Shown: piece after piece, positions 29,826 through 37,268 of the stretch
Layout: each line of letters opens with the position of its first letter
Position numbering within the stretch: the stretch's first letter is position 1
The notes under the pieces: model-generated
What the model saw: the letters and a program-made list of their open reading frames with translations, nothing else
Databases searched by the model: none
What the model was told of the DNA's origin: nothing
Program-made: the position numbers and the translations under genes
Source of the DNA: Candidatus Zapsychrus exili
Lineage (GTDB): Bacteria; Omnitrophota; Gorgyraeia; Zapsychrales; Zapsychraceae
DNA length: 37,268 nt
NCBI GenBank assembly: GCA_030765585.1
Contig: JAVCCJ010000015.1
Coordinates: forward strand, 1 to 37,268
Reading direction: 5' to 3'

Positions 29826-31031
29826 ATGTCTACATTTAAATATACTGCTAAAGATCAAAACTCACAAAGTCGCACTGGAAAAATAGTAGCAGATAATAAA
29901 GATGCTGTAATAGAACAGTTGAGGAAGCATAATTTAATTATTATATCTATTACAGAAGTAAAAGAGGCTGCAGAGAAACAATCTTCATTTTTAAGCAAAA
30001 AGATAAAGCCAGAAGATATAGTTATATTTGCTCGTCAGTTGGCAACTATGGTTGATGCGGGTCTTCCTGTTTTGCAAGCATTGGACGCTTTGGCAGAGCA
30101 GATAACTCATCCTGTATTTAAAAAGACTGTAACAACTATTGGGCTAGATATTCAGCATGGTAGTAGTTTATCTGTAGCTTTTTCTAAACATCCAAAAGTT
30201 TTTGATACGCTTTTTGTTAATATGATAAAGGTAGGTGAAACAGGTGGTGTTTTGAGCAAAGTATTGGATCGCGTCTCAAATTATATGGAGAAGAGTCTTA
30301 AATTAAAGAGAAAAGTAAAATCCGCGCTCGTTTATCCGGCTGTTATAGTTTCTATGGCAACAGTTATTACCATAGGTCTTTTGGTTAAGGTTGTTCCTAC
30401 TTTTTCTAAAATATATGATTCGTTTAATAAAGAACTTCCTTTTATGACAAAGATTCTTATAGCTACGAGCGATGTCCTTAAAAAAGGTTTACCGTTTATG
30501 GTTGTTGGCATTATTGCTATTATTTTTGCAGTTAAGAAAATATATAAAACAGAAAAAGGTGGGAAGATAATTGATAGTTTTATTTTAAAAATGCCTGTGT
30601 TCGGAGATCTTATACGTAAATTTATTATAAGTAGATTTAGCAGAACATTAGCTACTTTAGTTCAAAGCGGAGTTCCTATTTTAGAGTCTTTAAATGTTGT
30701 TCAAAAGACGATTGGTAATAAGGTTTTAGAAGATGTTATAGAAGATGTTAAAACTCATGTAAAGGAAGGCGAAAGCATAGCTGCTCCTTTAGGGAGAAGC
30801 GGAGTTTTTCCTCCAATGGTTACTAGAATGATCGAAGTTGGAGAAAAGGCAGGTAAAATGGAGAGCATGTTGCTTAAGATATCTGAATTTTATGATGATC
30901 AGGTGGATGCTGCGGTAGAGGGATTGACGAGTATTATTGAGCCGCTTATTATAGGGGTTCTTGGTATTGTTATAGGTTTTATTGTTGTTGCTTTGTTTTT
31001 GCCTATTTTATCTATTACTCAACTTATTTAA
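29826..31031 (+). CDS. pilC: Type IV pilus / T2SS inner-membrane platform protein (PilC/GspF)
   Basis: FARQLATMVDAGLP, VGETGG, ALVYP, FSRTLATLVQSGVP, IEPLII. Confidence 0.95.
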   Translation: MSTFKYTAKDQNSQSRTGKIVADNKDAVIEQLRKHNLIIISITEVKEAAEKQSSFLSKKIKPEDIVIFARQLATMVDAGLPVLQALDALAEQITHPVFKKTVTTIGLDIQHGSSLSVAFSKHPKVFDTLFVNMIKVGETGGVLSKVLDRVSNYMEKSLKLKRKVKSALVYPAVIVSMATVITIGLLVKVVPTFSKIYDSFNKELPFMTKILIATSDVLKKGLPFMVVGIIAIIFAVKKIYKTEKGGKIIDSFILKMPVFGDLIRKFIISRFSRTLATLVQSGVPILESLNVVQKTIGNKVLEDVIEDVKTHVKEGESIAAPLGRSGVFPPMVTRMIEVGEKAGKMESMLLKISEFYDDQVDAAVEGLTSIIEPLIIGVLGIVIGFIVVALFLPILSITQLI

Positions 31032-31045
31032 TTTAAACTTTTTAT

Positions 31046-32008
31046 ATGAAAAAAAATATTCTAATAATAATTTTTGTATACACTTTTTTAGCTTCTACTT
31101 TTGTATTTGCTGGTAGTTTTGATTATGAGGTAGATATTATAAGAGAGAAGATTAGAAAACTTTCCGAAAGAAACATATTGCTTACAGGAGAAACTAAGTT
31201 ATTAAAAGAAAATGTTGAGTCGTTACATAAAGAATTAGATAAATTAAAGAAAGAATTATATAAAACGAAAAATGAGATTGTAGCAAAAAGAAAAGAACAA
31301 AAGCGTTTGTCAGAAAAATCAGCATCTGAGGTACTTTTATTAAAGGAACAAGAAGCAAGATTGAGACAAGATTCTTTGCAGGTGAGCAAAGAATTGGTAA
31401 GGCTTGAACAAGAACTTAATATTCGTCAAAAGCAGAGCGAAGAATTTGAGTCTAATATGAGTGACATTAATAAGCAGATAGATGATTTGCGTAATAAGGT
31501 AGCGTCTTTAGGAGATGAAGACAATAGACAAAAAGAAATGATTTTAAGGGAGATAAGAAAATCTGAAAAGAATCTTAAGATTGCAAAAAGAAAGTTTAAG
31601 CAAATTAATAAAAAACATAAAAAACCTTTGAATGAGGTGAACAATCTAAAGAGCGATAATTTTGCTTTAAAGCAAAAATTAATAGTTAATCAAAATAGCT
31701 TAAACGTTCTTTTGGAGAAAGAAAGAATTTATTTTAATGAATATAGCAATTTGTCTGGTGTAAATAAGAACAGATCTAAAGGTGCGGATAATAAAATTAT
31801 TAAGTTAACGTCACAAAAAGAAAAGTTAGAAGATATTTTAGAGGAAGCAAACAATAGATTAAAGTCTAAGAATTTGAGGCTGGATTTATCCGAACAAAGA
31901 CAAGGCTTAAAAGATCTCAGTTCTAGGTTAAAGACTATTAAAGACGAGAATGAAGCGTTGAAGAAAAAGTTTACTATATTAAGAGAAGCCTTGGAGAGTG
32001 TAGAATAA
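31046..32008 (+). CDS. Exported coiled-coil hypothetical protein
   Basis: Signal-peptide-like MKKNILIIIFVYTFLASTFVFA followed by a long K/E/L-rich coiled coil. Confidence 0.7.
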   Translation: MKKNILIIIFVYTFLASTFVFAGSFDYEVDIIREKIRKLSERNILLTGETKLLKENVESLHKELDKLKKELYKTKNEIVAKRKEQKRLSEKSASEVLLLKEQEARLRQDSLQVSKELVRLEQELNIRQKQSEEFESNMSDINKQIDDLRNKVASLGDEDNRQKEMILREIRKSEKNLKIAKRKFKQINKKHKKPLNEVNNLKSDNFALKQKLIVNQNSLNVLLEKERIYFNEYSNLSGVNKNRSKGADNKIIKLTSQKEKLEDILEEANNRLKSKNLRLDLSEQRQGLKDLSSRLKTIKDENEALKKKFTILREALESVE

Positions 32009-32062
32009 AAAGCCAAAAGAAAGTTTTCTATTTCTATTTCTTTGAAGCGTTATATTGTTTTT

Positions 32063-34028
32063 ATGAATAGTGCTACTAAGAAGGTAATAATCAAAGCGTT
32101 TAAGATTGCATTGGTAGTTGCTATTGTTTATCTTTATCTTGAGAGCATAGAAATTGTTACATCATTGCAGCATTATCTTCCTTGAGGAAATTCCTTTTCG
32201 GTTATTTTTGATTTTAGTGCATTAAAGTTTGTATTCCTTCCTGTCTTAAAACTGCTTATTTTTACCTCCACTCTCTATATTATTACTTTATTTCTATTTC
32301 TTTTTGTTTCTGTTGTATTAGAAGAACGTTTGAATTTAAGATTTAAGCTTAAGAGATGGCAGAATGTTTTATTTCACGGAATAAATATATACTTCGTCTT
32401 ATTTGCTCTACACTTATAATGCGTTTTTAGGTCCACAATCTCAAGTGCGTCATTTTTTGTTTTATGGCTATATCTTTCCCCAAGGACATTTTAAAGAGCT
32501 GCTTCCTATTTGGTTGGTAACTCTTTGTGTGATATTTTTATTTTATTGGATTATTCAAATTTGTTTGGCGCTTTATTTTCTTGGTAAGAAATACATAAGA
32601 AATATGAGTATAGTTGTAGTTGTTTGCGCATTATTTTTGTTTGCAAGAAGCAAGTCTGAAACAAAAATATTTCAATCCACAGGCAAGAAGAATGTTATTT
32701 TTATTGGATTAGATTCTTTGCAATACAATCTTTTATCAAAGGACTGGGGCTATGAAAAGGATATTTCTCCTTCAGTTTCTGATTTTTTAAATGAGTCAAT
32801 TTGTTTTACAAACGCATGGACATCTTTTGCAAGGACTAATACATCTTATATGACGATGTTAACAGGCCGTTATCCTGTTCATAATGGAGTAAGGGCAAAT
32901 CTTTTGCCAGAACGTTTTTATAACCTAGACAATATTTATTTAGGGAAGACCTTACAAGAGCACGGATATTATACTTTCCACGCAACTGATGATACCAGGT
33001 TTAGTAATATTCGAAAATTTCATGGCTTTGATGAACTTTTTCATCCACGAAAAGATGTTGCAGGAGTGCTTATCGCTTCTTTTTATGATTATGCATTCTC
33101 TAATATTTTATTGTATCACGATATTTTTAAATGGGCATTTAAGGATGTTGTTAACAATAGAGCACATCCGCTGTATAATCCAAAAACTTTTGTAAAAAAT
33201 GTTATTTCACGTCTTAATAAACTTCCTGCTGATAAGCCTAAATTTATGGTTTTTCATTTTTGTGCGACGCATCATCCGTATACGTCTCCTTTTATATATG
33301 GTCGAAATCCAAAGTATACAACTGTCTCTGAGGAATGTATTAAAATGGCAGATGACCAGTTTGCGATGTTATTAAACTATATAAAGAAAAGTGGTTTGTA
33401 TGATAATTCATTAATTTTTGTTTTTTCAGATCATGGCAGTGGTTGGGATAAGAAAAGACGTCAACTTTCTCATGGAACAGATTTTAATTTTTTGTGGGCC
33501 AATCGTGTTGTTTTGTCGCTTCATAAAAATAAATTAAATCAGCATAAAAAGATTGATAATTTGGTTCGAAATTTTGATATTTATCCAACTGTTTTAGAGC
33601 TTTTAGGAATTGATATTCCTGAGAATATTGATGGGAAAAGTTTAATTGGGCTCATGGAAGGCAAAGAAGAAGATAAGACTCGTACTTTAATTGCTGAGAC
33701 AGGCTATTCATATAAATATATCTATAGTGATTATTTTAAAGAGCAAGAAGTTGGTATACAAGATAGTCTTAAAAGTTTTGCTGTTGACTCAGAAAATGGG
33801 TGTCTTTTTATTAAGAAAGATGATTATTATGATCTAGTTCTTAAAAAGTGGTATATGTATCTAGAAGATGATTTTAGAATTGTACATAATCCATGGTATA
33901 AAAAGACAGTATTATATGATAAAGATAATAATGAGTTGTTGGGTAAAGAATATGATGTATTGAGGAAAAGGATGCTGGGTGAAATCTCAGAATACAGGGA
34001 ATCTTGGAGGAGAATAGACGATAAATAA
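32063..34028 (+). pseudogene. Membrane-anchored sulfatase/alkaline-phosphatase-superfamily protein; 5' part broken by TGA (32183-32185) and a frameshift near 32385-32416. The track ORF 32403..34028 is the intact 3' part
   Basis: ATG at 32063 gives hydrophobic helices (MNSATKKVIIKAFKIALVVAIVYLYL...HYLP*GNSF...) in a different frame from the catalytic part. The catalytic part has NVIFIGLDSL, ARTNTS..LTGRYP, HHPY, SDHG and DIYPTVLELLG. Confidence 0.7.
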
Positions 34029-34181
34029 TAAATAGATGAAGAGTGTTTTGTTTGGGTTTTGTTATTTTGATCTAGTCTTATGATTAAGTTTGATATGAGA
34101 CAATTTGGGAATATGTTTATTTCTAGTTTTTTTGGCAAATCGATATTTTATATGCTACACTTTATATGTAGATAGCAATTG

Positions 34182-34267
34182 AAGTGAAAAAGGTAAACCA
34201 TTCGTAAGAGTGGGACACAAAACTAAAGGGCCCAAACGGAAATAATGTGGGTAGCTAGTTACCGCTT
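34182..34267 (+). ncRNA. Cyclic di-GMP-I (GEMM-I) riboswitch aptamer
   Basis: GGTAAACCATTC-GTAA-GAGTGGGACACAAAACT...GGTAGCTAGTTACCG closely matches the Vc2-type consensus. P1 is AAGTG/CGCTT, with a GNRA tetraloop. Confidence 0.92.
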
Positions 34268-34284
34268 AGATTAAGCAAAATGTG

Positions 34285-34320
34285 ACCTATTCTTACAATG
34301 TAAGAGTAGGTTTTTTTATT
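34285..34320 (+). terminator. Intrinsic terminator forming the riboswitch expression platform
   Basis: ACCTATTCTTAC-AAT-GTAAGAGTAGGT followed by a T run. Confidence 0.85.
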
Positions 34321-34377
34321 GTAAATTATTGAATTTAAAGGTTTTAGCGGAGGAAGGGTAAATTTAACTTAAAATGT

Positions 34378-34407
34378 TTGACATATAAAGGAGGTGAGTG
34401 CTAAGAT
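34378..34407 (+). promoter_or_regulatory. Possible second sigma70 promoter upstream of the major pilin
   Basis: TTGACA (34378-34383), 18-nt spacer ending TGC, then TAAGAT. Confidence 0.35.
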
Positions 34408-34599
34408 TCTAGAGTAGAGGAAGATAAATTTTAACCTGAGCTTAGGGATTTAATTGATTAAAGAGATAAGGTAGAGCAAAGAAGGCAGTAAAACGTCATT
34501 ATTCTTAATTCTTTTATCATTTCTTGTTTTCCCTTAAATTAGTTAGTCAGTTTTCCTAAAAGCTCAAAATCCCCTAATATTAGGGAAAAGGAGAAAGAA

Positions 34600-35016
34600 A
34601 TGAGAAACAGAAAAGGTTTTACACTCGTTGAAATTATGATCGTTGTTGCGATCATAGCATTGCTGGCAGCTATTGCTATCCCGAATTTGCTAAGAGCAAG
34701 GCTTTCTGCAAATGAAGCTTTAGCACAAAGCACACTTCGTGCTATGTCAACAGCAGCTGAAACATATAGTTCAGACAATAACGGAAGCTATCCTTCTGCT
34801 ATGTCAGATCTAACAGGAGCTACTCCTTCTTATATTGAAAATGATTATTGTGCATCAGGTGATAATGAATTCGCTGGATATGCATATACTTGTCCAACAG
34901 TAGGTTCTGGCGGATATAGTTTTGTTGCTACTCCTATTACTGTAGGAACAACAGGAAATAAGACTCATACAATTTCAACTGGAGGTGTTTTAACTTCAGC
35001 AGCGTCATCATCATAA
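34600..35016 (+). CDS. pilA: Type IV major pilin-like protein
   Basis: Class III signal MRNRKG|FTLVEIMIVVAIIALLAAIAIP; Cys pair; AAGGAG RBS. Confidence 0.9.
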   Translation: MRNRKGFTLVEIMIVVAIIALLAAIAIPNLLRARLSANEALAQSTLRAMSTAAETYSSDNNGSYPSAMSDLTGATPSYIENDYCASGDNEFAGYAYTCPTVGSGGYSFVATPITVGTTGNKTHTISTGGVLTSAASSS

Positions 35017-35060
35017 TGACACTGAAGTTTTGTGTGTAAGTTTTAATTATTGTTTATATA

Positions 35061-35090
35061 AAGGGGGCTTGACAAAGCCCCCTTACTTTT
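35061..35090 (+). terminator. Hairpin terminator/attenuator after the major pilin
   Basis: AAGGGGGCTT-GACA-AAGCCCCCTT then ACTTTT. Confidence 0.7.
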
Positions 35091-35103
35091 GTGGAGAAAA
35101 TAA

Positions 35104-35529
35104 GTGAATGCAATATTAAAGAAGAAAATAAGAAGAAAGCTTAGCAAGGGTGGTTTTACTCTTGTTGAGGTTATGGTTTCGCTCTTTATTGTTGTAGTGG
35201 GCATAATTGGCTCCATGGCATTTTTTGTAAGCGCAATAGCAGCAACTAAAACAGCAAGAGATACTACATTAGCCACAACGCATGCCGAGTATATTTTAGA
35301 AGACATGCAAACAAAGGAAGGACTTCAGGAGATAGTCGATACTGATTGGGTTGTTTTTTGGGATTCACTCGTTGAAGGCAATATTGTAGAGTCGTTAGAT
35401 AGCGAAACAGTATCTGTTATTTATAAAGATATAGACGCAGATCCTTTGAATGTTATAGTTTTGGTAAATTGGGAGACTAGTTTAAGAGATTGCAGTACAA
35501 GCATTATGACGGAGGCAACAAATAGATGA
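35104..35529 (+). CDS. Minor pilin (PilV-like)
   Basis: G|FTLVEVMVSLFI prepilin motif; ATTHAEYILE. Confidence 0.85.
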   Translation: MNAILKKKIRRKLSKGGFTLVEVMVSLFIVVVGIIGSMAFFVSAIAATKTARDTTLATTHAEYILEDMQTKEGLQEIVDTDWVVFWDSLVEGNIVESLDSETVSVIYKDIDADPLNVIVLVNWETSLRDCSTSIMTEATNR

Positions 35530-36014
35530 GAATGGAGTCTAACAAAGGGTTCAGTTTAATAGAGATGATGATATCTTTAGCAATCTTTTCTTTTATTGCG
35601 TCCGGACTTTATTCGATACTTATGGTAAGTAACAATTCTTGGCATACACATGTTGCTAATATTGATGCTCAAGGGCAGGCAAGATTAACTGCTGATTTCT
35701 TGGCGCGTGAACTAAGAACAGCTGAAGCCATATTGATTATTCAGGATGAAAATAGTGTTAATTTATCTTTTTCGGTTCCAGGTGCGGATAATGTAGCATA
35801 CAGTTGGGATAAATTTGGGGAACATAATGATCAACTTATTCGTACGACTTCGGAGAATTCGAGAATTGTAGCAAGAGATGTTTTTTCTTTAAGTATTGTT
35901 GAAGATAATGACGAAGTTTTAATAGATTTAATGATAAGCGTTGATAAGTTAGAAGATATGCGGGGTTCTGATTCGTCTGATATTAGGATTGTAAGAAAAG
36001 TAGCAAAACGGTAG
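35526..36014 (+). CDS. Minor pilin (PilW-like)
   Basis: KG|FSLIEMMISLAI; LARELRTA. Confidence 0.85.
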   Translation: MRMESNKGFSLIEMMISLAIFSFIASGLYSILMVSNNSWHTHVANIDAQGQARLTADFLARELRTAEAILIIQDENSVNLSFSVPGADNVAYSWDKFGEHNDQLIRTTSENSRIVARDVFSLSIVEDNDEVLIDLMISVDKLEDMRGSDSSDIRIVRKVAKR

Positions 36015-36032
36015 ATATTAATTTGTAAAAAA

Positions 36033-37241
36033 ATGAAGGTGAATATGTTAAGAAAAAATTATAACAAAACAAAGATACAAGGTTATGGTCATTTGGGTAA
36101 TAATAAAGGCATTATGTTTTTAACTTCCATTTTTGTTGTTATTATTCTAATTGGCCTTATTGCAAGTTTTGCTATACTTAGCTCTTCAGAATTAAATAAT
36201 TCTAAAAGATATCAGTATTCTACTGCAGCTTTTTGGGCTGCTGAAGCTGGAGTCAACAAATTTATTCATAATACATCCATGCTAGATATTGAAAATGTTA
36301 CAGAGGCTATTGGGCTAGGTTTTGTTTCTTTAGAAAAAGACGATTCAAATCCTGCTTTAAGGATTGTAACAGCAACAGGCACTTATAATGATATAAGTCG
36401 TTCTATTCAAATAGAATTTCCTGCAAATCCACCTTCATTATTTGATAATACAATATCTTCTGGCGCAAATATTATATTAGATGGTTTCATTTCAGGTATG
36501 TCAGTTGATGGCAAAACAAGGCTTAGCGGAGAATATGATGATCAGGGATTTTGGACAACAGCAAACTTTGAGGACAAAGTAGAAGGGGTTGATAATGGGT
36601 TGACTACTTTAACTTATCCTGATTTAAATGAAAATGGACAAGAGGATTTTGATGATTTTGTAAGCTACAACAGAAGATTTGTTGATCCTGAAGACCCAGA
36701 CTATACTGGCGAATACTCGGAAGACGAGGTATTACACATTCAGACAAATGGTGCGGTAGATATTTGGCCAAATGAACAGCTTGTGGGAAAAAAAGTTGTA
36801 TTTATTGAAGGCTCTTCTGCTGGTCAAGGAGATGCAAGAATTTGGTTTGATGCAACATGGAGAAGCGATCAAAATATAACAATTATATCAACAGGTTCTG
36901 TTGATTATGTTCAACCGTTGCAGAGTCCTGCAGCGAATTCTCAGTTAAACACAATATCATGGGATGACTATAATGAGGCAGCCATTCTCTTAAGCACACA
37001 TAGCGGGTCTACATATACGCATGAAGATGCAAATTATGGATCCATTATATCTTTGTCACACACTACAGGGAATTTGATAGCAAATGGAGGTGTTCATTTG
37101 GATCTTATTTTTGTATGGAAAATGTTTGATTACGAAAATCCTGTTGACGAGAATGGACTTGTGCCTCCTGGATTTCAAGGATTGATAAATACTAGTTCGT
37201 CTGGCTATTCAGATACTCCTAGTAGTTGGGCTGAAATTTAA
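36033..37241 (+). CDS. PilX-like minor pilin with an extended C-terminal domain
   Basis: NNKG|IMFLTSIFVVIIL lacking Glu5, AFWAAEAG, IVTATG; follows PilV/PilW-like genes. Confidence 0.8.
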   Translation: MKVNMLRKNYNKTKIQGYGHLGNNKGIMFLTSIFVVIILIGLIASFAILSSSELNNSKRYQYSTAAFWAAEAGVNKFIHNTSMLDIENVTEAIGLGFVSLEKDDSNPALRIVTATGTYNDISRSIQIEFPANPPSLFDNTISSGANIILDGFISGMSVDGKTRLSGEYDDQGFWTTANFEDKVEGVDNGLTTLTYPDLNENGQEDFDDFVSYNRRFVDPEDPDYTGEYSEDEVLHIQTNGAVDIWPNEQLVGKKVVFIEGSSAGQGDARIWFDATWRSDQNITIISTGSVDYVQPLQSPAANSQLNTISWDDYNEAAILLSTHSGSTYTHEDANYGSIISLSHTTGNLIANGGVHLDLIFVWKMFDYENPVDENGLVPPGFQGLINTSSSGYSDTPSSWAEI

Positions 37242-37242
37242 A

Positions 37243-37268
37243 ATGGAGAGTGAAATTGATATTTTATA
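37243..37268 (+). CDS. Possible start of the next gene, truncated by the window end
   Basis: ATG one base after the preceding stop, open to the window end (MESEIDIL). Confidence 0.3.

Noticed and set aside
1810..32185. Stop-codon reassignment to explain the in-frame TAA (1810), TAG (15100) and TGA (32183)
   Set aside because: Three different stops are involved, and all three terminate normal genes here (e.g. ileS TAA, proC TAG, yggS TGA). Each is one C:G>T:A change from a sense codon, so mutation or sequencing error is simpler.
32183..32185. Selenocysteine TGA in the sulfatase-like gene
   Set aside because: It lies in a membrane region away from the active site, no SECIS-like hairpin is evident, and a frameshift follows anyway.
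3944..35306. Short alternative-frame and antisense ORFs in the track (e.g. 4932..5195, 7006..7329, 9581..10063, 26927..27280, 33827..34138)
   Set aside because: They overlap well-supported + strand genes and have no recognisable motifs, so they are shadow ORFs.

Overview
AT-rich bacterial window with every supported gene on the + strand. Gene order and the giant gene suggest Ca. Omnitrophota (PVC superphylum); this is an inference. 1-8895 is the 3' part of one giant reading frame, open from base 1, at least ~2960 codons, interrupted by a single TAA at 1810. It reads as a string of unrelated enzyme-like modules: SAM methyltransferase, tandem zincin-like domains, P-loop kinase, two GHKL-like domains, a degenerate Fic domain, GNAT and Nudix. 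Nine copies of a short linker D-x-A-[ML]-[IMLV]-[AST] separate the modules, and the frame ends in a 'GGIDFN...GFVPVIINITP' tail. This is the best candidate for an undescribed system: a modular effector polyprotein or an in-gene cassette array. A housekeeping block follows (yggS-proC-mtnP-ileS-dksA-lspA, a four-helix-bundle pseudogene in inverted heptamer repeats, lgt-rluD, aroA, mreBCD-mrdA-rodA). Next is a type IV pilus/T2SS-like locus with two PilB/GspE ATPases, two stand-alone MshEN-like proteins and PilC, then a disrupted sulfatase-like gene. A c-di-GMP-I riboswitch with an apparent OFF-switch terminator precedes the pilin and minor-pilin genes. Five reading-frame disruptions, including one in lgt, mean assembly errors cannot be excluded.
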